A stretch of 64,000 bases of DNA, from sequence record KJ190157. One strand, 5' to 3'. The stretch is from Escherichia phage vB_EcoS_FFH_1. The notes under the pieces are model-generated. The model made no database searches. It had not been told where the DNA came from and was given only the letters and a program-made list of their open reading frames with translations. A program made the translations under genes and the position numbers. This document shows, piece after piece, positions 36,263 through 47,082 of this stretch. Position 1 is the stretch's first letter. Every line of letters begins with the position of its first letter.

Positions 36263-37149
36263 GTAGAATAACAGAACTACTTGATCTGAAAGGCATTGAA
36301 TATAAAGACACAGGTGGGGACATCCTCATCTGTTGTCTCAATCCAGATCATGACGATAAACACCCAAGTTTGCGTATTGATCCTGAAACAGGTATTATGC
36401 ACTGCTTGAGTTGTGGCTTCGGTAAAGGTATACCGAGCATTTACCATTATTTTAATGAGACTCAGTACCGACAGTCTCCAAGACTATCACAGGTACGTAA
36501 AAAGATTTCAGAGATTAGGAATGGATCAACGAATCTTGCAATTCCTGAATCTGCTTACCTTTTCGAAGGTGATTTCCGAGGTATAAGTTCTAAGACCTTG
36601 AAGAAATATTTTGCTTTCCAACACCAAGCAGACTGGGAAGGCAGAATTGTATTCCCAATCACAGATGCTGTTGGACGCAATATCCTATTTTTGGGTCGTT
36701 CTATAAACAGTTCTGCCCCTCCTAAATACTTAGTAAAACCAAAACAAGTTTCACCGCCAATTTTTCCTGTACGATATAATACTCCAGTTCTTATTCTAGT
36801 TGAAGGCATCTTTGATATGCTGAACCTAGAGGATAATGGTATAGACTATGCTTCTTGCTGCTTTGGTACACATCAGTTTACTTCGGATAACATTGCAGAT
36901 AAGTTCAGTCCTTATATTATTGCTGGGGTAAAAGTTGTTGTTATCTTACTAGATAATGATGCTTCTGGTAATAAAGCTGCACAAGCATTGGCTAAGCTAA
37001 TTCGTACAAAAACGCGTTTAACACCTGTAGTTGCTAACTTCCTCCTGCCTGAAGGCAAAGATCCAGGTGATTTAAACAAAGATGAAATTGATATGTTAGC
37101 AAAACGTATTGAAATTTTAGTTGCTGAATCGCTTAAAGATTTGGTATAA
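36259..37149 (+). CDS. DNA primase (zinc-binding plus Toprim, DnaG-like)
   Basis: Zn motif CLNPDHDDKHPS...HCLSCG and Toprim acidic motif LLDNDASGNKAA. Confidence 0.8.
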   Translation: MSRITELLDLKGIEYKDTGGDILICCLNPDHDDKHPSLRIDPETGIMHCLSCGFGKGIPSIYHYFNETQYRQSPRLSQVRKKISEIRNGSTNLAIPESAYLFEGDFRGISSKTLKKYFAFQHQADWEGRIVFPITDAVGRNILFLGRSINSSAPPKYLVKPKQVSPPIFPVRYNTPVLILVEGIFDMLNLEDNGIDYASCCFGTHQFTSDNIADKFSPYIIAGVKVVVILLDNDASGNKAAQALAKLIRTKTRLTPVVANFLLPEGKDPGDLNKDEIDMLAKRIEILVAESLKDLV

Positions 37150-37211
37150 TATATTGGTAAGTTAGAGAAGAAACACTGAAGTTATACTTACTTACCAAGA
37201 GGAGATTAAAT

Positions 37212-39779
37212 TTGAAAATCGCAGTAGTTGATAAAGCTCTAAATAACACTCGTTACGATAAACATTTCCAGCTATACGGCGAGGAAGTTGATGTATTCCA
37301 TATGTGTAACGAGAAGTTATCTGGTCGTTTGCTTAAAAAGCACATTACTATTGGAACACCAGAAAACCCATTTGATCCGAATGATTATGATTTTGTTATA
37401 CTAGTAGGTGCTGAACCTTTCCTGTATTTCGCAGGTAAGAAAGGCATTGGTGACTATACTGGTAAACGTGTAGAGTATAATGGATATGCTAACTGGATTG
37501 CGAGTATCAGCCCAGCCCAGTTACACTTTAAGCCTGAAATGAAACCAGTTTTCGATGCAACAGTAGAGAATATCCACGATATTATCAATGGTCGTGAGAA
37601 GATTGCAAAAGCTGGTGATTACCGTCCTATTACTGACCCTGACGAGGCGGAAGAATATATCAAGATGGTGTATAATATGGTTATCGGACCTGTCGCATTC
37701 GACTCCGAAACCTCAGCACTATACTGTCGAGATGGTTATCTGCTTGGTGTTTCTATATCTCACCAAGAGTATCAGGGTGTATATATCGATTCTGATTGTC
37801 TCACAGAGGTTGCAGTATATTATCTCCAGAAAATTCTGGATAGTGAAAACCACACTATTGTTTTTCACAACTTGAAGTTTGATATGCACTTTTATAAGTA
37901 CCATCTGGGACTTACTTTTGATAAGGCACATAAAGAACGTAGGCTCCACGATACCATGTTGCAGCACTACGTTCTAGATGAACGTCGTGGTACTCATGGC
38001 TTGAAATCTCTAGCAATGAAGTATACCGATATGGGTGACTATGACTTTGAACTAGATAAGTTCAAGGAGGATTACTGCAAAGCACATAAAATCAAGAAAG
38101 AAGATTTCACATATGATTTAATTCCGTTTGATATTATGTGGCCTTACGCTGCAAAAGATACCGATGCCACCATACGTTTGCACAATTTCTTCTTACCAAA
38201 AATTGAGAAGAATGAAAAACTTTGCAGTCTGTATTATGATGTTCTAATGCCTGGTTGTGTATTTCTCCAGCGTGTTGAGGATCGTGGTGTACCTATTTCT
38301 ATTGATCGTTTAAAAGAAGCTCAGTACCAGTTAACCCATAATCTGAATAAAGCTCGTGAAAAGCTGTATACTTATCCAGAAGTCGTTCAGCTAGAGAAAG
38401 ATCAGAACGAAGCGTTTAACCCAAACTCTGTTAAGCAGCTACGTGTTCTTCTGTTTGATTATGTTGGCTTAACTCCAACAGGTAAATTGACGGATACTGG
38501 AGCAGACTCTACAGATGCAGAAGCTCTGAACGAACTGTCTACGCAGCATCCAATTGCTAAAACTCTGCTAGAGATTCGTAAGCTAACTAAGCTGATCTCT
38601 ACTTACGTTGAGAAGATTCTTCTGAGCATTGATGCTGATGGTTGCATTCGTACTGGCTTCCATGAACACATGACTACTTCTGGTCGTCTGAGTTCTTCTG
38701 GTAAACTGAACCTGCAACAGTTACCTCGTGATGAATCTATTATCAAGGGTTGTGTAGTAGCTCCTCCAGGGTATCGTGTAATCGCATGGGACTTAACAAC
38801 TGCGGAAGTTTATTATGCTGCTGTTCTATCTGGTGATAGAAATATGCAACAAGTATTTATCAACATGAGAAATGAACCTGATAAATACCCTGACTTCCAC
38901 TCTAACATCGCCCACATGGTATTTAAACTGCAATGTGAACCTCGTGATGTTAAGAAGCTGTTCCCAGCTCTACGTCAAGCAGCTAAGGCAATTACCTTTG
39001 GTATTTTGTATGGTTCTGGCCCGGCTAAAGTAGCACATTCTGTTAACGAAGCATTGCTAGAACAAGCAGCCAAAACTGGTGAACCGTTTGTTGAATGTAC
39101 TGTTGCAGATGCTAAAGAGTACATTGAAACTTACTTCGGTCAGTTCCCGCAGCTTAAGCGTTGGATTGATAAGTGCCACGATCAGATCAAGAATCATGGA
39201 TTTATCTATAGTCACTTTGGTCGTAAGCGTCGTCTGCACAATATCCACTCCGAAGACCGTGGTGTTCAGGGTGAAGAAATTCGTTCTGGATTTAACGCAA
39301 TCATTCAGTCTGCTTCCTCTGATAGCCTTCTTTTAGGTGCTGTAGATGCAGATAATGAGATCATTTCTCTTGGCCTGGAACAAGAGATGAAGATTGTTAT
39401 GCTAGTTCACGACTCCGTAGTTGCTATTGTTCGTGAAGACTTGATTGATCAATACAATGAAATCCTGATTCGTAATATTCAGAAAGACCGTGGTATCAGT
39501 ATTCCTGGCTGTCCGATTGGTATTGATTCAGATTCTGAAGCTGGAGGTTCTCGTGACTACTCTTGTGGTAAGATGAAGAAACAGCACCCATCAATCGCTT
39601 GTATTGATGATGATGAATATACTCATTATGTCAAGGGTGTATTACTTGATGCAGAATTCGAGTATAAGAAACTAGCTGCAATGGATAAAGAGCATCCAGA
39701 TCATAGCAAATACAAGGATGATAAGTTTATTGCTGTATGTAAAGATTTGGATAACGTGAGAAGGATTCTCGGTGCTTGA
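37212..39779 (+). CDS. Family A DNA polymerase with 3'-5' exonuclease domain
   Basis: Exo motifs FDSETS and YAAKD; Pol motif B RQAAKAITFGILYG; motif C VHDS; 855 aa matches the T5 polymerase length as recalled. Confidence 0.9.
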   Translation: MKIAVVDKALNNTRYDKHFQLYGEEVDVFHMCNEKLSGRLLKKHITIGTPENPFDPNDYDFVILVGAEPFLYFAGKKGIGDYTGKRVEYNGYANWIASISPAQLHFKPEMKPVFDATVENIHDIINGREKIAKAGDYRPITDPDEAEEYIKMVYNMVIGPVAFDSETSALYCRDGYLLGVSISHQEYQGVYIDSDCLTEVAVYYLQKILDSENHTIVFHNLKFDMHFYKYHLGLTFDKAHKERRLHDTMLQHYVLDERRGTHGLKSLAMKYTDMGDYDFELDKFKEDYCKAHKIKKEDFTYDLIPFDIMWPYAAKDTDATIRLHNFFLPKIEKNEKLCSLYYDVLMPGCVFLQRVEDRGVPISIDRLKEAQYQLTHNLNKAREKLYTYPEVVQLEKDQNEAFNPNSVKQLRVLLFDYVGLTPTGKLTDTGADSTDAEALNELSTQHPIAKTLLEIRKLTKLISTYVEKILLSIDADGCIRTGFHEHMTTSGRLSSSGKLNLQQLPRDESIIKGCVVAPPGYRVIAWDLTTAEVYYAAVLSGDRNMQQVFINMRNEPDKYPDFHSNIAHMVFKLQCEPRDVKKLFPALRQAAKAITFGILYGSGPAKVAHSVNEALLEQAAKTGEPFVECTVADAKEYIETYFGQFPQLKRWIDKCHDQIKNHGFIYSHFGRKRRLHNIHSEDRGVQGEEIRSGFNAIIQSASSDSLLLGAVDADNEIISLGLEQEMKIVMLVHDSVVAIVREDLIDQYNEILIRNIQKDRGISIPGCPIGIDSDSEAGGSRDYSCGKMKKQHPSIACIDDDEYTHYVKGVLLDAEFEYKKLAAMDKEHPDHSKYKDDKFIAVCKDLDNVRRILGA

Positions 39780-40269
39780 TTTCAAATTGCCCGTATATGC
39801 TTTACGGGCTTTTGTATCAATTGAGCAAGAAGGTGATTATTCCGTAATTACAACAAGATATAATAAATATGTGCTAGATAACAGGAAGTTGCCTGGCACG
39901 TTTTCTCAACGTAGGCTTATTCTATTTGAGAAACGGAAAGAATTACCATACAAGCTCTATCCTATTAGGGGTAGAATATCAATGTTGTCTCAATTAGTTG
40001 GGTCAAAGCGTAACCAATTTATAGATTCTGATGGAAATCTTATTAATTGGAAGAAAACTACGTTCTATGATGTTGTCACCTCTAAAGTTTTGCATTCAGC
40101 TAGAATTTATAATGGAAAGTACCAATGCTATGTGGCTAAAGTTCCTTATCCATTTGTACTATCCTATGTTCCAGCTTATATAAGCTATATTCTGGTAAAT
40201 AATAGCCCTGTTATTTATCAAGTCCATCAAGAGGAGCCTGAAATTCCTAGACTTAGAATAAAATTATGA
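39772..40269 (+). CDS. Hypothetical protein (165 aa)
   Basis: ORF overlapping polymerase stop. Confidence 0.45.
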   Translation: MLDFKLPVYALRAFVSIEQEGDYSVITTRYNKYVLDNRKLPGTFSQRRLILFEKRKELPYKLYPIRGRISMLSQLVGSKRNQFIDSDGNLINWKKTTFYDVVTSKVLHSARIYNGKYQCYVAKVPYPFVLSYVPAYISYILVNNSPVIYQVHQEEPEIPRLRIKL

Positions 40270-41618
40270 AGGTTGTTATATCTAATAAAGCCTATTTCAA
40301 GCCCGATGATGAACTTTGGGATTATTGTAGTAAGCAAACCACTTATCATATAGAGACAATGACTAGTAAATACCCTATTATGTATAAGAATAGTGGTGTT
40401 GTTGCCAAAGAGATTAAGTGGATTCCTATTACGCGTCTGGACTTACTGGATGCTAAAGGAGTAAAATACGAATTAGTCGATAAACGCACATTAGCTCCGG
40501 TAGGTATACCAAAACCTAAGTTCAAGCTGCGTGAAGAAGATCAGCTTCCAATATACGAAGAATGCGATGATACCTGTATTATTAATGGTAAGCCTGGATT
40601 TGGTAAAACTATCCTAGCCCTTGCACTTGCGTATAAATTTGGCCAGAAAACTTTGGTAATTTGTACCAACACATCTATTCGTGAAATGTGGGCGGCAGAA
40701 GTTCGTAAATGGTTTGGGTTTGAACCAGGTATCATAGGTTCTGGGAAATACAATATTGATCCACCAATTGTGGTCAGTAATATTCAAACAGTGAATAAAC
40801 ATGCGAATAATCTTTCTAAAGTATTCGGTACTGTTATAGTTGATGAAGTTCACCATTGTGTGGCTACAACTTTCACTAACTTCCTAGAAATATCATGTGC
40901 TCGCTATAAGATTGGGCTATCTGGAACATTAAAACGTAAAGATGGTCTACAAGTTATGTTCAAAGATTTCTTTGGATATAAGATATTTAGCCCACCGGTT
41001 AATAATACTGTTGCACCTACAATCCATAGATACTCCGTACCTGTTGAGTTATCAGGGAACCAAAACGTACCATGGGCATTACGTGCTAACGATGTATATA
41101 ATCATCCTGAATATCGAGAGAATATTATAAATCTAGCACATTTATATGTGAATATGGGGCATAAAGTACTCATTGTAAGTGACAGAACAGAGTTAATCCA
41201 AACAGTACTAGAAGCTCTTGCGCAGCGTGGTGTTACAACATATGAAATTATAGGGGCAACTCACTTAGATGACCGATTAAAAATTCAGGAAGATATAGCA
41301 AAAGGTGGACCTTGTGTACTTGCAGCAGCTCAAAGTATCTTCTCTGAAGGTATTTCCCTTAATGAGCTATCTTGTTTAATAATGGGAAGCCTCATTAATA
41401 ATGAATCTCTCATTGAACAGCTTGCAGGCCGTGTTCAACGTATTGTCGATGGTAAACTCGACCCTATTGTTGTGGATCTGATTATGAAAGGTGGCACTGG
41501 ACTAAGACAGGCTTCTGGACGTATGGCAGTATATCGTAACAACGGGTGGAAAACTATTACTATGACTCCAGAGAAAGCAGTTCAATTAGCTAAAATTGCA
41601 TTTGGCAACAGCTTATAA
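40266..41618 (+). CDS. SF2 DNA helicase (DEVH box)
   Basis: Walker A GKPGFGKT and Walker B VIVDEVHH. Confidence 0.8.
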   Translation: MKVVISNKAYFKPDDELWDYCSKQTTYHIETMTSKYPIMYKNSGVVAKEIKWIPITRLDLLDAKGVKYELVDKRTLAPVGIPKPKFKLREEDQLPIYEECDDTCIINGKPGFGKTILALALAYKFGQKTLVICTNTSIREMWAAEVRKWFGFEPGIIGSGKYNIDPPIVVSNIQTVNKHANNLSKVFGTVIVDEVHHCVATTFTNFLEISCARYKIGLSGTLKRKDGLQVMFKDFFGYKIFSPPVNNTVAPTIHRYSVPVELSGNQNVPWALRANDVYNHPEYRENIINLAHLYVNMGHKVLIVSDRTELIQTVLEALAQRGVTTYEIIGATHLDDRLKIQEDIAKGGPCVLAAAQSIFSEGISLNELSCLIMGSLINNESLIEQLAGRVQRIVDGKLDPIVVDLIMKGGTGLRQASGRMAVYRNNGWKTITMTPEKAVQLAKIAFGNSL

Positions 41619-41630
41619 ATGATGTATAAT
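41602..41630 (+). promoter_or_regulatory. Early promoter P1 of a tandem pair (TTGGCA-17-TATAAT)
   Basis: Followed by the conserved box ATATACATAAATTTGAGAGAG but no ORF. Confidence 0.5.
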
Positions 41631-41701
41631 ATATACATAAATTTGAGAGAGAAAGTTTCGGATTGATAAGAAAGTCCAAAGCAGAAAAATAAAAATTTTA
41701 G

Positions 41702-41731
41702 TTGCTAAATTCTCTCGAAATATAGTATAAT
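41702..41731 (+). promoter_or_regulatory. Early promoter P2 of a tandem pair (TTGCTA-18-TATAAT)
   Basis: Followed by ATATACATAAATTCGAGGAG. Confidence 0.5.
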
Positions 41732-41837
41732 ATATACATAAATTCGAGGAGAAAACAAAATTAAATTCTTCAATTATGAAAAGCTATACTTATTAGCTAG
41801 AGGAAATTCCGACCTAATTATTAAGCTATTCAAAAGA

Positions 41838-42122
41838 ATGCTTACAGAGCCTGATGCTCACCAATTATTGGTAGGTTCCTCATTCATTTTGAATGAATCA
41901 ACAATAGTTGATAATCCAAATAAATTGTCTAATAGACAACTGGCAGAATATCTAGGAATTTTAAGTCTACGAAATTATGCCGAATACAAGTTTACAAACG
42001 ATCCTAGTTTGGACATACAATATGTTCCAGTATGGATACCACGTTTAGTAATCGACACTAACCCACTAATCGCAATTAACAAATCGAAATTAATCTTTAA
42101 AGAGGAAATAAAATATGGCTAA
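41838..42122 (+). CDS. Hypothetical protein (94 aa)
   Basis: ORF with weak RBS. Confidence 0.35.
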   Translation: MLTEPDAHQLLVGSSFILNESTIVDNPNKLSNRQLAEYLGILSLRNYAEYKFTNDPSLDIQYVPVWIPRLVIDTNPLIAINKSKLIFKEEIKYG

Positions 42123-42888
42123 GTCTTGGGGCGAAACTACTGGCGGTTCTAACGATAAAATCGAATTCCTGAAGTTCAACAACGGTATCACTCGTGTTCG
42201 TATCGTTTCTGGTGTTCTTCCACGTTATGTCTATTGGCTGACTAATAAAGAGGGTAGCGTAGCTCCTTTCGAATGTCTTCGTTTCAACCGTGACAAAGAG
42301 AGCTTTGTTCGTGGTAAAGCTGATCCGGTTCATGAGATGGGCTTCTTTGAGAAGGAGCTGGATAAAGATGGTAATCGGGTTCCGCTGAAACCGAAGAAAA
42401 ACTATATCGCTTTTGTTATTGACCGTTCTGATAACAAACTGAAAGTAATGGAAGTCAAGGCTACTATTCTGAAAGGCATCCAGTCTATCATGAAGCAGTT
42501 GAACCTGGCAACTCCGTTTGATATTGATATTTCTATCGAGAAAAAAGGTAAAGGTTTCGATACTGAGTATGATGTACAGCAGATTGCTGCTATGCAGTTC
42601 CAGATTAAGCTGCAAGATCCTAACAGTGCGGAATCTAAGCAATATGCTGCGGATGTAGATCTGATCGGTGAAGCTATGTGTGATGAAGATGGCGACATCA
42701 TTAAGTTCGAAAAAGTTCCTTCTCTGGAACAAACCTATCCGGTTCCTACCTATGAAGAGCAGAAAGAAGCAATTCTAGCCTTCATGGAAGGTCGTGAGAA
42801 TAAAGATGATGATGCCAAATCTGGTAATAGCAATGCAGGTTCCCAGAAAGGTATTGACTCAGAAGCTGCAAGCGATCTGGACGACTAA
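42115..42888 (+). CDS. Probable single-stranded DNA-binding protein
   Basis: Acidic C-terminal tail ending DSEAASDLDD; host-like codon usage; position within the replication module. Confidence 0.5.
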   Translation: MAKSWGETTGGSNDKIEFLKFNNGITRVRIVSGVLPRYVYWLTNKEGSVAPFECLRFNRDKESFVRGKADPVHEMGFFEKELDKDGNRVPLKPKKNYIAFVIDRSDNKLKVMEVKATILKGIQSIMKQLNLATPFDIDISIEKKGKGFDTEYDVQQIAAMQFQIKLQDPNSAESKQYAADVDLIGEAMCDEDGDIIKFEKVPSLEQTYPVPTYEEQKEAILAFMEGRENKDDDAKSGNSNAGSQKGIDSEAASDLDD

Positions 42889-42894
42889 TAAATA

Positions 42895-42920
42895 GAGGGG
42901 CTTCGGCCCCTTTCTTTTTA
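42895..42920 (+). terminator. Intrinsic terminator (ggggc-ttcg-gcccc plus T-run)
   Basis: GC tetraloop hairpin followed by tttcttttta. Confidence 0.65.
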
Positions 42921-42924
42921 ACCA

Positions 42925-43902
42925 ATGAGAATATTATTTAGTGCTGATCATCATATCAAACTAGGACAAGATAAAGTTCCAAAGGAATGGCAGAAGCGTC
43001 GTTTCCTGATGCTAGGAGAACGGTTAAATGATATATTCCATAATCATAACTGTGATCTTCATATTGCTGGTGGTGATATACTTGATGTTGCCGACCCGTC
43101 GTCAGAAGAAATAGAACTGCTTGAACAGTTCATGTCAAGACTCGACCATCCAGGAAAAATCTTTACTGGAAATCATGAAATGCTAACTAAAACCATTTCA
43201 TGTCTATATCATTATGCAGGAGTTATTAATAAAGTAACTAGTGGGAAGTGGGAAGTAATTACCAAACCATATCGTTCCCCTGAATTTGATATTGTTCCGT
43301 ATGATGAGATTCATAAACCTAAGTGGAAACCATCTGAATCAAAACTATGTTTCACGCATGTTCGTGGTGAAATCCCTCCGCATGTAAAACCAGAAATTGA
43401 TCTAACTAAGTATAACTGTTATGATACTGTAATTGCTGGCGATTTACATTCTTATACTAATAGTCAGACTATCGGATCTACTAGACTTCTCTACCCAGGG
43501 TCTCCATTAACTACATCGTTCCATAGAGAACGCACAAAAGGTACAAATGGTTGCTTTATCGTTGATACCGACACATTAAAAGTAGAATGGATTGAACTAG
43601 GTGATTTACCACAACTGATTCGTAGAACAATCGGAGCCGGTGAAGAGATGGAACCTAGTGATTATGATCGTGTAGTCTATGAAGTTACTGGTGACGTTGT
43701 TCAATTAAAGTCTATCAAAGACTCTGATTTATTAGATAAGAAGATTAACCATCGAGTTACTAAAGACGCTAAGTTAAATCTTGTTGATCTTGATATGTTA
43801 GGTGAACTTGAACTTTACTTCCGTGAAGTCGAGAAGCTATCTCAAGGCGACATTGATAGAATCTTGGCTAGAGCTGCGAAATATGTCAAAGATTACAATT
43901 AA
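42925..43902 (+). CDS. Mre11/SbcD-like nuclease (calcineurin-like phosphoesterase)
   Basis: Motifs SADHH, GGDILD, GNHE. Confidence 0.8.
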   Translation: MRILFSADHHIKLGQDKVPKEWQKRRFLMLGERLNDIFHNHNCDLHIAGGDILDVADPSSEEIELLEQFMSRLDHPGKIFTGNHEMLTKTISCLYHYAGVINKVTSGKWEVITKPYRSPEFDIVPYDEIHKPKWKPSESKLCFTHVRGEIPPHVKPEIDLTKYNCYDTVIAGDLHSYTNSQTIGSTRLLYPGSPLTTSFHRERTKGTNGCFIVDTDTLKVEWIELGDLPQLIRRTIGAGEEMEPSDYDRVVYEVTGDVVQLKSIKDSDLLDKKINHRVTKDAKLNLVDLDMLGELELYFREVEKLSQGDIDRILARAAKYVKDYN

Positions 43903-45721
43903 GACACTAAAATTTAGTAACGTTATGTCTTACGGTAAAGACATCGTAATTCATTTCGATAAGAATCCAGTTACTCAACTAATTGGTGGCAATGGGCTAG
44001 GGAAATCTACTATCGCCACGGTTATAGAAGAGCTATTCTATAATAAAAATTCTCGCGGTATTAAAAAGGATGCATTGTTCTCTTGGAATGCCCCTAAGAA
44101 AGAATATGATATGCACGCTTATTTCTCGAAAGATGATGATGAGTATGAGCTGCATAAAGTAGTTAAGTCAACTGCTAAAGTAACGTTGATTAAGAATGGG
44201 GAAGATATTAGTGGACACACTGCAACCCAAACATACAAGATGATTGAAGAGATTATGGGTGGTGACTTTCAAACATTCACCAAACTGATTTATCAATCAG
44301 TGGGTTCCAACCTAGATTTTCTAAAAGCAACGGATGCAACACGTAAGGCTTTTCTTGTTAACTTGTTCAATCAAGAGCAATACAAAGAAATGTCGGAAAC
44401 TGTTAAGGCTGACCGTAAAGAAATAGCAAATACCTTAAATAATTTGCAGGGCCAGATGGCTGTAATTACGAAAATCCTTAATGGGAAAAATAATCTAGGA
44501 ACTTTGCAGGAACCTGTAGAAGTACCGGAGTTTGATGAAGAACCATTAGCACAAGAACTTACTGAATCGAAAATTAAGGCGGCATTAGCCAAGTCTCAAG
44601 AGGCTAATATTACTAAATTGCGTAATTTGGACAAAGCTGTACAAGTTGCCGAACAATCTTTCGAGCCTTTCAAAAATTTGCCTGCGCCCACTGACCAAAA
44701 TGAAGAGATCTCGAGTGTTACGCGTGACCTAACGATTGTGACCTCACGTGCGAGCGAAGTTAAGAAACGTTATCAGAAGTTCAAGCAAGAGGCTTCAAAT
44801 ACTGAATGCCCTACTTGCGGTACTCACCTGGATACAACTGCTGCTAAAAAAGCAATGGATATGGCTAGAGTAGAATATGATCCTCTGTTCAAAGAGAAGC
44901 AATCTCTTGAAGCTAAGCTAGAACAGTTGAAGAAAGAACAACTTGAGTACGTTGCGTATACTAGAGCAAAGGATGCTTTGGATAAAGCAGTGGTAGCTAG
45001 AGACGAGTTCAAAAATTCAATGAGTGATGCTTCTTTTGAAGAACTCAATGTGCAAATCCTACAGGTGCAAATCCGACAATTAGAACAGGAAATCGCTGAT
45101 GGCCGCTCTAAAGTTGCAATTGCCAAAGAGCATAATGCAAATGTTGAATTAGCCAATGCAAAATATAAAGCGAAACTAGAACAGATTGAGAAAGCTGAGG
45201 CAGAAATGTCTGAGATTACTTCCAAACTGGATGGAGTATCAGAGGCTGTTGCTGATCTGGATATTCTGATCGCCGCATTGAAAAATCTGGTAGGGTATAA
45301 ACTAGAACATAGTGTGAAAGTATTTGAAGAGCTTATCAATAAATACCTTTCCATTATGACTGGCGGTAAGTTCGCACTTGGATTTGAGCTTGATGAAACA
45401 AAATTACAAGTAGTAATCTTCAATGATGGAAACCGTACCAGTATGGAGAACTGCTCTACTGGCCAGCAAAGTCGAATCAACCTAGCAACTCTGTTAGCTA
45501 TTCGAATGCTACTAACATCTATTAGTAAAGTTAATATTAATCTTCTATTCCTTGATGAAGTAATTAGCTTTATTGATACTAAAGGACTTGACACTCTTGT
45601 TGAACTATTAAATGAGGAAGAAAGTCTAAACTCTATCATTGTTTCTCATGGGCATACGCATCCATTAGCTCATAAGATTACTGTCAAAAAAGATGCAGAA
45701 GGATTTTCCTACTTAGAATAA
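43883..45721 (+). CDS. Rad50/SbcC-like ATPase
   Basis: Walker A GGNGLGKST, long coiled coil with CPTCG zinc-hook-like motif, C-terminal LLFLDEV. Confidence 0.8.
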   Translation: MSKITIKTLKFSNVMSYGKDIVIHFDKNPVTQLIGGNGLGKSTIATVIEELFYNKNSRGIKKDALFSWNAPKKEYDMHAYFSKDDDEYELHKVVKSTAKVTLIKNGEDISGHTATQTYKMIEEIMGGDFQTFTKLIYQSVGSNLDFLKATDATRKAFLVNLFNQEQYKEMSETVKADRKEIANTLNNLQGQMAVITKILNGKNNLGTLQEPVEVPEFDEEPLAQELTESKIKAALAKSQEANITKLRNLDKAVQVAEQSFEPFKNLPAPTDQNEEISSVTRDLTIVTSRASEVKKRYQKFKQEASNTECPTCGTHLDTTAAKKAMDMARVEYDPLFKEKQSLEAKLEQLKKEQLEYVAYTRAKDALDKAVVARDEFKNSMSDASFEELNVQILQVQIRQLEQEIADGRSKVAIAKEHNANVELANAKYKAKLEQIEKAEAEMSEITSKLDGVSEAVADLDILIAALKNLVGYKLEHSVKVFEELINKYLSIMTGGKFALGFELDETKLQVVIFNDGNRTSMENCSTGQQSRINLATLLAIRMLLTSISKVNINLLFLDEVISFIDTKGLDTLVELLNEEESLNSIIVSHGHTHPLAHKITVKKDAEGFSYLE

Positions 45722-45724
45722 AAC

Positions 45725-46207
45725 ATGGCTGTAGATAGTAGAGAGAAAGGTAAACGTGGTGAATATCAGGTAAGAGATATTTTACGTGAACGTACGGGTC
45801 TTGAGTGGGAACGTGTTCCTGGTTCTGGTGCTTTTGGCCAGAGCCACGGATTGAAGGGTGACATCTACCTTCCACCACAAAGCGGACACATTAGTAAATA
45901 CTGCTTCGAAGTTAAGTGGTATAAAGATGATAATATATCAAGTAATTTATTTAATGTTGGTGAATCCACTCTAGAGAAATGGTGGCAGCAGTGCTCACGT
46001 GAAGGTGAGCAGATGAACTCTAAACCTGCATTAATATTCAAAAAAGACAGAGGACAGTGGTTAATAGCTTTGGATAGCTCAGACCCGATGGTTGACAACT
46101 TAATGAGTCGTACCCATATGGTGTTAAATAAGAAAGACATGGAAATCGTAATTGGTTTATTTGAGCCGTGGCTACATCATGCATCTGTTGAGGACTTAGT
46201 TAAATAA
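45725..46207 (+). CDS. Putative PD-(D/E)xK-fold nuclease (tentative)
   Basis: GDIYL ... FEVKW spacing resembles a D...ExK motif. Confidence 0.35.
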   Translation: MAVDSREKGKRGEYQVRDILRERTGLEWERVPGSGAFGQSHGLKGDIYLPPQSGHISKYCFEVKWYKDDNISSNLFNVGESTLEKWWQQCSREGEQMNSKPALIFKKDRGQWLIALDSSDPMVDNLMSRTHMVLNKKDMEIVIGLFEPWLHHASVEDLVK

Positions 46208-47082
46208 TGAGTAAATCCTGGGGAAAATTTATTGAAGAAGAGGAAGCTGAAATGGCTTCCCGTCGTAACCTAATGATTGTCGATGGAACTAACTTAGGCT
46301 TTCGCTTCAAACATAACAATAGTAAAAAACCATTTGCCTCAAGTTATGTTTCCACTATTCAGTCTCTAGCAAAATCTTATTCTGCTAGAACTACAATAGT
46401 TTTAGGGGATAAAGGGAAGTCTGCATTTCGCCTAGAACATCTTCCAGAGTATAAGGGGAATCGAGATGAGAAATACTCTCAGCGTACGGAAGAGGAGAAA
46501 GCGTTAGATGAGCAGTTCTTCGAGTATTTGAAAGATGCTTTCGAACTATGTGAAACTACATTCCCAACCTTCACTATTCGTGGCGTAGAAGCAGATGATA
46601 TGGCAGCTTATATTGTTAAGCTGATTGGGCATCTATATGATCATGTTTGGCTAATTTCTACCGATGGTGACTGGGATACTTTATTAACTGATAAAGTTTC
46701 TCGCTTCTCTTTCACAACACGTCGTGAATATCATCTTCGTGATATGTATGAGCATCATAATGTTGACGATGTAGAGCAGTTCATCTCCCTGAAAGCAATT
46801 ATGGGTGATCTAGGGGATAATATCCGAGGTGTTGAAGGTATTGGGGCAAAACGCGGATATAATATTATTCGTGAATTTGGTAACGTTCTGGATATTATTG
46901 ATCAGCTTCCACTGCCTGGAAAACAGAAATATATACAGAATTTAAATGCTTCGGAAGAATTGCTTTATCGAAACCTAATTCTGGTTGATTTACCTACCTA
47001 CTGTGTGGATGCTATTGCTGCTGTAGGTCAAGATGTATTAGATAAGTTTACAAAAGATATTTTGGAGATTGCAGAACAATGA
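46207..47082 (+). CDS. Flap endonuclease / 5'-3' exonuclease
   Basis: N-terminal LMIVDGTNL and FEN-like acidic clusters; 291 aa matches the T5 D15 exonuclease length as recalled. Confidence 0.85.
   Translation: MSKSWGKFIEEEEAEMASRRNLMIVDGTNLGFRFKHNNSKKPFASSYVSTIQSLAKSYSARTTIVLGDKGKSAFRLEHLPEYKGNRDEKYSQRTEEEKALDEQFFEYLKDAFELCETTFPTFTIRGVEADDMAAYIVKLIGHLYDHVWLISTDGDWDTLLTDKVSRFSFTTRREYHLRDMYEHHNVDDVEQFISLKAIMGDLGDNIRGVEGIGAKRGYNIIREFGNVLDIIDQLPLPGKQKYIQNLNASEELLYRNLILVDLPTYCVDAIAAVGQDVLDKFTKDILEIAEQ

Noticed and set aside
17218-39779. Inteins or group I introns in nrdA, nrdD or the DNA polymerase
   Set aside because: Each ORF is continuous and of normal length for its family (NrdA about 777 aa, NrdD 624 aa, polymerase 855 aa), with no inserted block.
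44824-45639. Minus-strand 271 aa ORF inside the Rad50/SbcC-like gene
   Set aside because: Ser/Leu-rich antisense reading frame of a coiled-coil-coding region; no start context.
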